DNA of 64,000 nt from Octopus sinensis (lineage: Eukaryota): NCBI RefSeq assembly GCF_006345805.1, contig NC_043011.1, forward strand, positions 5,456,001-5,520,000, in the 5' to 3' direction. Every line of letters starts with the position of its first letter. Within the stretch, counting starts at the first letter, position 1. Shown here one piece after another: positions 1-11,521 of the stretch. The position numbers and the translations under genes were made by a program. The notes under the pieces are model-generated. The model was not told the origin of the DNA, did no database searches, and worked only from the letters and a program-made list of their open reading frames with translations.

Positions 1-713
1 ACTGGGGTCGATGTAATCGACTTAATCCCTTTGTCTGTCCTTGTTTGTCTTCTCTGTCTTTAGCCCCTTGTGGGTAGTAAAGGAATATATATATTTCTAA
101 TATTTAGAATTTAACCAATGACGTTCCTAAGTTATCTCCCTTAGATAAAGCTGCAAAAATAAATCATTAAGAGCAAATATCTCGGGGGATATTAAATAGA
201 AGGATAAAAGCAATGAAAATGATTTCTAGAATAGGTACCAGGTCAAAATTTTTGAAAGATCAGAACAATTGCTAAATCCGGCCATGTCATTAATCAGGAA
301 CTTCTCTTCTAGAGACTATGAGTACGAAAAGAAAACTATATCAAGTTCACCGATATCCGAAGTTAGCGTATCAAGGGAGGCAACTTAATGCCATGTGGAT
401 TTTTGTTTGTCAGTCGACAGCTTTCGGCACAATCAATGAACAAGCTGGTCGCATGGCAACAAGGAGCATCTACGACGACATTCAACCTGCTAGAAATCTC
501 ACTCAGATCACAGATTAATCCCCGTGTCGTTCCTTTTGAAATTATCCCAAAATTTAACTAACGTTCTTCATGGCGGTACCCCGGGATGGTCGCAGTCTAA
601 TGACTAAAACAAGTAAAAGAATATATATAAGCGACCTTCATAACCACACAACAGTCTACGTCTCTCTCTCTGTCTGCCTGTAATTTCTCTCTCTTCTCTC
701 TCTCTCTCTCTCC

Positions 714-775
<62 letters not shown>

Positions 776-1399
776 GCGAGAAAGAAGCAACAAGAATGGA
801 TAGGTTTTTAGTACAATCGTTTCATACAAGGACAGGCTTTATTAAAAGTTGTAAAAATTACAGCATATAAACGTGTCCCGTACTCATCAGCTAAAATACA
901 TGTGAGTTCTCTAGACATCCTAGTGGTTGAGGCTATACTCATGAAGTAATGTAGATAATTAAGTAACATAAACAGATTTCCAAAGTTCATTAAAGTTCTT
1001 TAAAGATGATGTACAGTCTTATCACAGAATTTTAAAAAAGTTCTATTAGCATCACAGAGAAGGTGACCTAATCCATAGAGCACATATGAATTTCCAGAGA
1101 TATGATGAGGGATTACATACTCACAGAAGACAAATTTATCCATTGTTAATCACAACGAGGTGGGTCTCAATTCCTGCTTATTAGCATTACAGAGAGGGTG
1201 AATTAATCCTTTGTATAGATGCACAATTTCCAATGGTGTAGATGTAAGTTTCCGGAGAAATGAAGAGGAATTTCATATTCACAGGCGATAAATTTATCAA
1301 TGGTTGAACACAATGAGGTAGGTATCAAAACTTGTTATATGATTAGGTATTTGCTACATTAATCACATTACTGCTATTTACAACGCTTGAGCACCAATT

Positions 1400-2395
1400 G
1401 AAAAATTCAAATTTTATGGCAAAGAATCCAAATTAGATCGAAAACATCTATAATATATATGTGGGCCTCATAGAGGGAAACTTTAAAGCCAGGTTCAATA
1501 ATTACACTTTAAGCTTCAGACACTGGGATAAAAGGAAAACGACCAAATCATCCAGTTGTATGTGATCCTTAAAAGAACATGGTGTCAGCTATAAGATTCA
1601 CTGGAAGATCTTGGCCAAGTGTAAACCTTACATTAACGGCAGTGGAAAATGCGGTCTTTGAAAAGATGGTTCATCTGGAAAAGTTCTTTAGACCCCGCTA
1701 CATGTCGCTACATTCAAGAACTGAACTTTCTGGATCATGTCCATATATGACAAAATTCTTGTTACGTTTTTGCCCCCCACCCTCCAAGATCACAGATAGA
1801 ACCTGCATTTTATATTTTGTCCATGTACAGGCCTTTCATGTGGATTAGCATTTCTTATATATTTTTTATATTTTTATATGTATTTGTATGTATATGCATA
1901 TATCAGATGTGTATGTGTGTGCATGTGTATATGTGTGTACGTGCGTGTATCCATGTGTATGAGTGAGCACGTGTATATTTGTATGTATATATATATGTGT
2001 GTGTGTGTGTGTATGTAAGTATGTATATATATAGATATAGTGTGTATGTGTGTACGTGTATGTATATATACCTGTGTACGTATGTAGATTTTATGAACAA
2101 CGATGTCTATCTTTACATGGTTGTATTTTTATATCTTATATCTTTTACTTTTATTTACTTTTCGACGCCCATTAGAGTAACCTCCCTTTATTCAATGATT
2201 TTTTTTTTTTGTTTTTAGTTTTTTCATAGCGTTTTTGTCTTAATAGCTGATGAGAATGTCCTTCAGCCCCGGCATCTGAAACTCTGAGTATCATTATGAC
2301 AACTAACTGATTCTCCTATATTATATATATTTATAGATAAATTCCTCTATTTACATAATATCGAGGTCTCATTCATTCTTTTGTTGTCACATGTT
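1400..2395 (+). mobile_element. Penelope-like element remnant: decayed GIY-YIG endonuclease C-terminus and 3' pLTR
   Basis: Broken frame IYVGLIEGNFKARFNN..SFRH..YKIHWKILAKCKPYINGSGKCGL..SRTELSGSCPYMTKFLL; degenerate hammerhead at 2241-2296; inverted partial copy of the tail at about 3295-3375. Confidence 0.65.
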
Positions 2396-2427
2396 ATTAT
2401 TATTAATAATAATCAGTGGGATTAATA

Positions 2428-2584
2428 ATAGGAGTAGGTGTTGTAAGTAGTTTGCTTACCAACCAAATTGTTCCGGGTTCAGTCCCACTGTGTGGCACCT
2501 TGGACAAGTGTCTTCCACTATAGCCTCGGGCCGACCAAAGCCTTGTGAGTGGATTTGGTATACGGAAACTGAAAGAAGCCCGTC

Positions 2585-2643
<59 letters not shown>

Positions 2644-2830
2644 GTGTGGTTTGTGTGTGTGTGTGTATGTGTGTGTATGTGTTTGTCCCCCACCATAGGT
2701 TGACAACCGATGGTGGCGTGTTTACGTTCCCGTAACTTAGTGGTTCGGCAAAAGAGCCGATGAATAAGTACTAGGCTTACAAAGATAAGTCCTGGGGTCG
2801 ATTTGATCAACTAAAGTAAAAGAGTAAAGA
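2428..2830 (+). mobile_element. tRNA-derived SINE family A (CORE-like ccttgggcaagt, internal microsatellite)
   Basis: Matches the multi-copy consensus seen at 8848, 14577, 47281 and elsewhere. Confidence 0.85.
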
Positions 2831-2941
2831 TTAGAGTATATAATTATATATAACATATATAATATATAATAATATAATTATAGATATAATATGTATATAT
2901 ATATAATTATATATATATATATTATATATATATATATTATA

Positions 2942-2975
<34 letters not shown>

Positions 2976-3012
2976 CATAATATAGAAATATATAATAATT
3001 TATATATATATT

Positions 3013-3076
<64 letters not shown>

Positions 3077-3395
3077 GGTCGAATGATCTGTCCTTCTTAG
3101 TAGATATCACTGAAATTTCTAGCTGAACTTAATTTGCATTTACAAGGAAAAGACCAGTTATGTTGTTCAACATTTGAGTGAATAACAAGTTTTACAAGAA
3201 ATTAGAACTTTTCATAATACAATTGAAGGGTGGAGAAATTGTACATTTTCAGAATTTATCTAAAAGACATGAGAATTTCCTGTGAAATAACAAAAGATAG
3301 CAAAAGAAAGAAAGAGACCTCAATATTATGTAATAGAGGAATTTATCTGTAAAATAATATGTGACAATTATTCAATAGCCAAGATATATATATAT

Positions 3396-3449
<54 letters not shown>

Positions 3450-3470
3450 ATAATATATATATTATATATA

Positions 3471-4256
3471 TCTACTACATATGTGGGAATTTCTGTCTGT
3501 GGAGTTGCTCTCTAACTCGTCCTCCATCGTTTCATCATTTTGATGAAACTTGATACGTGAGTAGACTCATGTCCGGAAACCTCTTGGCATACTCAGATTG
3601 TTGAGAAAAAAATCGATAATAGGGCCCCTGGAAAGGATCCTTGTATATAACCAAGGGAAATAACCCATTCATTTTCCTAAATTATTTGGTAAAAATGAAA
3701 TTGAGTATGTTTATTTCTTAGTATTTGAACTGTTACAGTTATTTTCGCAATTTATCCAGTGCAACCCTTAAACAAGTAAATAACATTTTCCTAAACAATA
3801 GATTCAGTTATTTCGGTTAGTAACTTATTCGCGAATATACCAGCACTAGGGCCCCTTGTCAGAGTTATTTTTGAATTGTTATTATCTCATATCTGATTTT
3901 CTTCTTATTACGTAACATGCTCCACGATTTTAGTGTACATACCTTATTTGTATTTCCTCTTATGTTCTATATACTCTGGGAACGTATTAAAGCCCTTTTC
4001 GGAGTTACTTTATTTGAATTCTTACTATCGGGTAACTGATTTCATGTTATTACATAACTTACTTCACAATTTGGGTATTCATAACTTATTGGGAATTCCT
4101 AAAACCAAGACCCTGTGTTAGACAGTTCGGTATTCTCTGTAAATGCACAAAAATTGTTTTAAGGGCTACATACTTTGTATTGTTGTTATTAAATTATGAG
4201 AACGGAACCAAGGGATAAGCCCTGTTTTCCCGGGAATTACTGGGTACATCAGCTAG
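3471..4256 (+). mobile_element. Non-autonomous Helitron-like element
   Basis: Starts TC after A and ends CTAG before T, with a subterminal hairpin cccggg-aatta-ctggg about 12 nt before CTAG. Confidence 0.55.
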
Positions 4257-4564
4257 TACATACATATATGTGTGCGTGTTAATATATATAGTAAATATTT
4301 GTGTCTGTGTTTGTTACCTCCTCCACCGCTTGACAACCGGTGTTGGTGTATTTACGTCCCCGTAACTTACCGGTTTAGCAAAACAGACCGATAGAATAAG
4401 TACCAGGTTAAGAACAAAAAATGGATTGGGGTCGATTTATTCAACCTAAAATTTTTGAAGGTGGTGCCCCAGGATGGCAGCAGTCTGAATGACTGACACA
4501 AGTAATAGATAAAAGATAGCGTGTGTGTGTGTGCAAGCTAATGTTCTTATTTGTTTATTTTCAG

Positions 4565-4593
4565 AGTAAACAACACCGTTTGCAGGTTGAGAG
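4565..4593 (+). other. Possible 5' UTR micro-exon of the CISD3-like gene
   Basis: tttattttcag acceptor and GAG|gtaaga donor flank a 29-nt segment upstream of the ATG exon; based on splice signals only. Confidence 0.25.
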
Positions 4594-4941
4594 GTAAGAC
4601 AATCTGTGAATGATAATCAACTTAACTCTGTGTGTGTGTGTGTGTGTGTAAGGGCAGAGGGTAGAATAAGAATTCTACGTCGAGTGAAGAGGTAAGACAA
4701 TAAATGTGAGGAAGGAGGAGTAGATAACAAGAAGTTCCCCCTCTTCTTTCCCTCCACCTTTACAGTCAGTTACAAACTCTCATTCATGGTACATACACAC
4801 ACACACCCCTACTATCACATCTCGAACCCCCTTCTCCATCTCCAACTTCTAGTCACCCCACCCCCGTCATCGGCCCCTTCTGCCAGACAGACAGACAGAC
4901 ATTAATAACAACGAGCTGGAATTTCATCTTTTAACCACGGC

Positions 4942-5040
4942 ATGGACACAAAAAACAACCTCAGTGATGCTGCTGTTGCTAATGCTGCTGCTGATGATGG
5001 TGATGATATTGCGAACAGAAAATATCCCGCTGTTCCCATG
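4942..5040 (+). CDS. CISD3/MiNT-like CDGSH iron-sulfur protein, coding exon 1 (MDTKNNLSDAAVANAAADDGDDIANRKYPAVPM)
   Basis: ATG at 4942 with an in-frame TAA upstream (4906-4908); 33 codons ending at a GT donor (gtaacg, 5041), phase 0. Joins 10080 to give YPAVPM|YGPCNV, the segment that precedes CDGSH domain 1. A candidate acceptor (ccccttctgccag) ends at 4886. Confidence 0.8.
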
Positions 5041-7499
5041 GTAACGCTTTATTGTCATCCCTGTTACTTGCTTTCCTTTAAAATCGAGAGTCAAACGGAA
5101 AGGACGAAATAAGGACTTCATTGATAAATAGACGTAGATAAACAAACAGATGAATACACACACACACACACACACGTACGCTCTGTTCTCTCTCTCCTCT
5201 GTGAAATATTATAGTAAATGTCATACATTTACATAATATTTATATTTAAATTACCTTTACACTGTTTATATTACAATTAATGTTTATATATATATATATA
5301 TGAAATAATTAGTTTTTTTAATTGTAGAACTCAAAAAGATATACTTATAAATGATAATTTGTAAATATTGGATTTAAAACCCTTTTGAATAGAAAATGTC
5401 GAAAGCAGACCATATATATAAAAAATGGTTTGTAGAAATACAAGAACCTGGAGGAGAACACACTCCAAGATGTAGAGCAGTTAATTTTATAATAACAAAC
5501 CCCATAAACCGCCTCCCCCCATCCTATATATATGGTTTCTCATGAAGGCCAGCTGTTTTAAGGGGTGTTATTCAATGCCATTGATCGTAATACTTGACTG
5601 TTAATTTATTTTATCGACACCGAAAAGTTTGAAAGTTACAGTTGACCTCGGGAGGATTTGAAACCGAAACGTAAAGAGCCGGAAGATATACAGTATAGTA
5701 GTTTGGCCGACGCTCTAATGATTCCACCAGTTCGTCGCCCTGTTGATTTCGCCTTATGACCCGTTGTTTTGTAGAATGTACTACTGCGGTACTTTGGCGC
5801 TATTGGTATTACAAGAGGTCGACTTTGCCTTTCATCCTCCTCGGGTCGATAAATTAAGTACCAGTTACGCTCTGGGGTCGATATTATCGACTTAATCCGT
5901 TTGTCTGTCCTTGTTTGTCCCCTCTATGTTTAGCCCCTTGTGGGTAGTAAAGAAATAGGTATTACTAGAAGACAGTATTATGTAACAACACGGTTGAGAA
6001 GTAAACATGGAACCAATGTATAATAAATGAGGGGCCACAACTCCATATTTTGGTTTGACACTACTAAAATCACTCGTTAGCAGCGCTTTCCCTCCGCCAC
6101 TCGTCCTTAATGCAGTGGAAGAAATGGAAGTTGGTTACTGCATTCATAGCTGAATAGAATATGATACCGAAATACCGTAAACCTGTCGCTAAATAGCATT
6201 TTTCAAATTGTGACATTTGAGATGTTCGCGAGAGCAGGGCTTCTGACAAGGAGGTATTTGACTTCGTCCGCCACCCACCCGTCTCACTCACGAATGAAGT
6301 GATACCCGGGAGAGTTGATGTCCAAGTGTTCCAGTACACCCAGCCTCACAAACATCCGCGATAAAGGGGTGTTTTGGGGGTTATCTCAATTATAATTAGG
6401 AGACACTACTGTTTCTCGGTACAAGTATAACTGGGGTGGGTGTGCATGTCTTTCCGTATGGTTTATTTGTTTAGATTTCTCTTTCTCGTAATATTTTTTT
6501 TACTCGCTACCCGGCCTTTAAACCATTTTTACTGTATCTTTTGTAAATAGTGTTATGTTTTCCTTAAACTTTTCCCGACTCTTCGCCTGGCCTGCTAACT
6601 ATTCTGCAGCTCTACGCCTTAGGGACAACGCAACTCAATGACAAAAAGGTTTGCCCTGTTACCCCATTATGGAGAGTTCACAACATAAGGGAAGTAACTC
6701 AGTATTCTGCTAGCGACTATTTTCGCGCTGTCGCTATGGTTTCACAAAACCTCTCTCGGTTCTTGTCTGGCAATGGTTCCGTTGAAACTGTTGGATTTTA
6801 GTTCCCGCTTGTATGTTTTTTTTTTTTTTTCATGTTGTAAGTAAATGGTGAACGGGAATAACAGTCGGAATTTGAAAGCAGATTGTGAATTCGGCTCAAC
6901 GTAAGATAAAATTCTAGTGTGTGACCATCTCCTTCGTTATCTCTCTACACCGTCCCTGTCCAAGCATGTCTCTTACGTCGTTCCCGCCATCATCGCTATT
7001 ATCATCATCATGATCATCGTCGTCGTTGTCGTCACCACCGCCACTGCCACCTCCTCCTCCATCATAGTCGTCATCACTCTCATCATCGTAGACGTCTCGT
7101 CATCATTCAAGAGCTCCGCACGGTTCTCGAAGCACGATCGGTAAACAAGTGTCGCCTTTGTCGGGCAGCTGACACTTTCCATCATACCCTGCAAAATAAG
7201 CTGAGAGTTTTCATCGAATCATCATCATCATCATCATCGTCATCATTTTTTTTCTGTATTTACACGCAAGCTTCTATTGTACCGGTGTGTGCATTATTAT
7301 GTTTTGTGGGTGTAGAATTGTTTATATAAACACATGCATTCATACATACATACATACATACATACATACATACATGCATATATTTCTCATACCAGTTGCG
7401 TACTGAAATCGATCTAATCGACTGCCCCCCTCCCCCAAAATTTCGGGCCTTGTGCCTAGAGTAAAAAAAAAAAAATTATGTGTTTAGCACTGGGCAATG

Positions 7500-7724
7500 G
7501 ATACTACTTAAGAAGAATGGTTCCGGTGCGCGCACTCGTGCATCCGCGCTAGCTAGTCGTGAATAGTCGATCCTACAACGACTACCTAAGCAAAGTGAAT
7601 AAAACAGAAAATAAATAATTTTTTTAAACGAGATAAATAAAACAAAAATACAAGGTAAGGATCGACTATTCACGACTAGCTAGCGCGAGTGCGCGCACCG
7701 GGACCACTCTTCTTAAGTAGTACC
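7500..7724. mobile_element. MITE with about 70-bp TIRs and a 9-bp TSD (Merlin- or Mutator-like)
   Basis: TSD tgggcaatg at 7491-7499 and 7725-7733; TIR G(A/G)TACTACTTAAGAAGA...AGTCGATCCT. Confidence 0.75.
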
Positions 7725-7744
7725 TGGGCAATGATTGTGTAGAG

Positions 7745-8251
7745 CAGGCCTGGCCAACTCGAATTACGTTGAGGGCCACTTTAATCACAGAAAGTTTTTT
7801 GAAGGTCGCTTGTATACTTGATGCACCAATAATCAAATTACAGAATCAAGAATTTTTTTATACTTTTCGTTTGTTTAAAATTATAAAATTGTCTGCTATT
7901 GCTTTATTGCCACTTAGAAATTTTAAATTTATTTTGAAACTAATGTTTTACACAAACAATTTTATTTCGAAATTAAACAATACTTCCAGAAAGTATCAAG
8001 TGGGCCGCATGCGGCCTGTGGGCCTCAGGTTGCCAAGCAATTTTGTAGAGCAGTGCTTTTCAAACTTTTTGCTGGAGCGGAACCCCAAGGAAACATTCCA
8101 CTGGCTCGAGGAACCCCTGTGCAATAATTTGATAGTCTTATGCACACATATCTGCACAGGAGAATTTTAAATTACTACCGATTTTAGCAGTTTTGTAACT
8201 TCTTGCGGAACCCCTGCACTGTACTGGCGGAACCCTGGTTGAAAACCACTG
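7745..8251. mobile_element. Two adjacent hAT/Charlie-like MITEs (7745-about 8042 and 8051-8251)
   Basis: Termini CAGGCCTGGCCAAC and CAGTGCTTTTCAA...TTGAAAACCACTG; 8-bp NTGTAGAG target copies at 7737-7744, 8043-8050 and 8252-8259. Confidence 0.7.
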
Positions 8252-8280
8252 CTGTAGAGTATGAGTTGTACTATATGAAA

Positions 8281-8315
<35 letters not shown>

Positions 8316-8397
8316 GTTGTTGTTATTGTTGACTGAGCCCCTTCTGAAGCTGATGACCTTGCGACAAAAAATTTGAAACCATTGTTATTATTATTAA

Positions 8398-8835
8398 GGG
8401 GGTGAGCTGGCAGAATTATTAGCCCACAGGGCAAAATGCTTAGCAGAATTTTGTCCATTGCTATGTTCTGAGTTCAAATTCTGCCAAGGTCGACTTTGCC
8501 TTTCATCCTTTCAGGGTTGATAAGTTAAATACCAGTCAGACACTGGGGTTGATGTAATCAACTAGTCCCCTTTAACAAAATTTCCCCCCTTGTGCCTTTA
8601 GTAGAAAGATTTTGTATTATTATTATGAATGTGGCAAGCTGGTAGAATTGTTAGCACACCAGATGAAATGCTTAGTGGTATTTCGTCTGCCGCTACGTTC
8701 TGAGTTCAAATTCCACCATGGCTGACTTTGCCTTTCTGGCTGGATAAATTAAGTACAGTGAAACATTAGGGTCGCTGCAATCGACCAGTCCCCACCCTGC
8801 AAATTTCAGGCCTTGTGCTTATAGTAGAAAGGATT
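8398..8835 (+). mobile_element. Two tandem tRNA-SINE family B copies (core gtcgactttgcctttcatcctttcggggtcgataa, Meta/Sauria-SINE-like)
   Basis: gagctggcagaat..ttagc..gaaatgcttagc..gagttcaaattc head repeated at about 8398 and 8630; the same family occurs at 1-85, 5815-5957, 21495, 40855 and 62857. Confidence 0.8.
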
Positions 8836-8847
8836 ATTATTATTATT

Positions 8848-9247
8848 ATAGGTGCAGGAGTGGCTGTGTGGTAAGTAGCTTGTTTACCAACGACATGGTT
8901 CCGAGTTCAGTCCCACTGCATGGCACCTTGGGCAAGTGTCTTCTACTATAGCCTTGGGCCGACCAAAGCCTTGTGAGTGGATTTGGTAGACGGAAACTGA
9001 AAGAAGGTCGTTGTATATATGTATATATATATATATATGTGTGTTTGTGTGTCTGTGTTTGTTCCCCTAGCATTGCTTGACAACCGATGCTGGTTTGTTT
9101 ATGTCCCCTTTACTTAGCGGTTCGGCAAAAGAGACCGATAGAATAAGTACTAGGCTTACAAAAGAATAAGTCCCGGGATCGAGTTGCTCGATTAAAGGCG
9201 GTGCTCCAGCATGGCCGCAGTCAAATGACTGAAACAAGTAAAAGAGT
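8848..9247 (+). mobile_element. SINE family A, full length
   Basis: aggtgcaggagtggctgtgtggtaag head through aaacaagtaaaagag tail; near-identical to other copies. Confidence 0.9.
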
Positions 9248-9257
9248 ATTATTATTA

Positions 9258-9968
9258 TTACCTCCTCCTTAGTGATGGTGGGGGTATTGTTTTCAGTTGT
9301 GTTTGTTTGTCTGTGGACAAGATATCTCAAGAACCACTGGATGGATTCAGAAGAAACTTTCAGGGAGGTTTGGCTTCATGACTGGCACAAACTGAATATA
9401 TTTAGGGATTGATCCTGTACCAGACAAGGATTCTGGATTATTTTTCCTGTTTTTTTTTTACTTAACTTTTGAGTGGTCAGGTTCCTTTTTAGTATTCTCA
9501 TTTGTGAGAGCAGTTGAGTTTACTTCAAATACTAGCTGACCATGTGCCATCAATAATGACAGCTAATTGTAGTATTTTATTTATAAATAAGGTATGAAAT
9601 AAGGTACATAATAATCCCACATACAAACATTCACATACTTCCCTTGTTCACGTACACACACACACATATACTCACACAGAGTTGAAATGCTGATTTTTTT
9701 TCACCCCTTCCTTTCTCTCATTGCTATTTCTTTCTCTCATTCCCTCTCAGTCACAGCTATTACTCTCACTACTTCTCCTTCACTGAATTACTATTTTCCT
9801 CCTCCACATCCAGCGTGATTATGGACAAATATATATATACACACACACATATATAAAAATACTACCTTCATTATTACATTAGGAGATTCTCATTTAAAAA
9901 ATCATCTCTGGCGTTGAGAGGATGTTGGTGTTGCCTTGACAGAGGTTTGCGCTCCCTGGGTGCTCTTC
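9258..9968 (+). mobile_element. Helentron-associated (DINE-1/HINE-like) element, interrupted
   Basis: 5' ttacctcc..., gtttgtttgtctgt..gatatctcaagaac, 3' ccttgacagaggtttgcgctccctgggtgctc; same family as 41636-42013 and 35190-35400 (-). Confidence 0.6.
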
Positions 9969-9989
9969 TTATTCTTATTCTTCTTATTC

Positions 9990-10021
<32 letters not shown>

Positions 10022-10079
10022 ATTATTATTGTTATTGTTATTATTATTTCTGTTGATTTCCAACTGTATTTGTTTGCAG

Positions 10080-10170
10080 TATGGCCCTTGCAATGTGAGA
10101 GATCTTAAACCTGGTACAGTGAAATATTGGTGTGCTTGTGGACTCAGTCGAAGACAGCCATGGTGTGATG
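10080..10170 (+). CDS. CISD3-like coding exon 2 (YGPCNVRDLKPGTVKYWCACGLSRRQPWCD-G)
   Basis: Acceptor tttgcag at 10079, donor gtgaga at 10171; encodes C-x-C-x2-S-x3-P-x-C-D-G of the CDGSH motif; ends in phase 1. Confidence 0.93.
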
Positions 10171-10487
10171 GTGAGAGAAAATTTATATATATATATATAT
10201 TTATATGTATTCATTGATAACTTTATACATTAATATGTATTAGTAAAGTTTTTTCTGTAGTTAGGTATTTTAGTATTGGCATTATGGTGTAGGTCTGTTA
10301 ATTATTAATGGTGTGAATCTGGTGAGATGGAAATGTAAGAAGGAGGAAGGAAGGACAGCTTTGGGGACATGGCTTTTGCATGAGATGATCTGAGAGAAAA
10401 CCGGCTAAGATGTAAGAGTCAGTTTGTGCTGACTGATACTTCACACACACACACTCACACGCACACATGTGTGTATGTGTATGTATC

Positions 10488-11521
10488 TAGCCATGCTTGT
10501 GTACGAACAGCCATGCTACATGGCAGTGAAACATGGGCCATGACTGCTGAGGTCATGCGTAAGCTCGCGAGGAATGAAGCCAGTATGCTCCGATGGATGT
10601 GTAATGTCAGTGTGCATACTCTACAGAGTGTTAGTACCTTGAAAGAAATGTTGGACCTAAGAAGCATCAGCTGTGGTGTGCAAGAGAGACGATTGCGCTG
10701 GTATGGTCATGTGGCGAGAATGGATGAAGATAGGTGTGTGAAAAAGTGCCAATCCCTAGCAGTTGAGGGATACCGTGGAAGAGGTAGACCCAGGAAAACC
10801 TGGGACGAGGTGGTAAAGCACGACCTTCGAACTTTAGGCCTCACCGAGGCAATGACCAGCGACCAAGACCTTTGGAAATAGGCTGTGCATGAGAAGACCA
10901 GGCAGGACAAGTGAGTCCAGCCCACTTATGCATGTCTTTCCTCCCTTGGACACACAAAGACCTGTTGAGGCAAGCGAAGTCGAAATCGAACCTTATCCGA
11001 CAATAGGCACCCATGCCAACCTCCCTTTATTGGACACTAAACTCTGCTTGCGAAGACCTGTTGGGGCAAGTGAAATCGAAATTGAACCAATCCTATGACT
11101 GGCACCCGGCAGTTTCCAGGACCGCTGGACTGACTCCTGTGCAGGTGGCAAGTGAAGAAACACCATTTCGACCCTGTGCTTGAGGAGATCCATTGAGTCA
11201 AGTACACCGACATCAAAATCAATGGAAACTGTAGTTGTGATCCCTGAGCCGGTGGCATGTAAGCAGCACCATCTGAAGGTGGCCGATGCCAGTGCCGCCT
11301 CGACTGGCTTCCGTGCCAGTGACACGTAAAATGCACCAATCCGATCGTGGTCGTTGCCAGCCTTGCCTGGCACCTATGCAGGTGGCACATAAAAAGCACC
11401 CACTACACTCACGGAGTGGTTGGTGTTAGGAAGGGCATCCAGCTGTAGAAACACTGCCAGATCAGACTGGAGCCTGGTGCAGCCTTCTGGCTTCCCAGAT
11501 CCCCGGTCGAACCGTCCAACC
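10488..11521 (+). mobile_element. RTE-clade LINE 3' fragment (RT C-terminus plus repetitive 3' UTR)
   Basis: MLHGSETW...RRLRWYGHVARM...RGRGRPRKTW is the typical RTE C-terminus; followed by gtgccggtggcacgtaaaaagcacc repeats. Confidence 0.9.

Noticed and set aside
6610-6801. Open + strand frame after ctgcag in intron 1
   Set aside because: No recognisable homology, and its inclusion would terminate the CISD3-like frame before the domains.
9936-10217. ORF suggesting a signal peptide or TM helix before the CDGSH motif (mitoNEET-like anchor)
   Set aside because: The poly-Leu is an intronic (TTA)n upstream of the 10079 acceptor.
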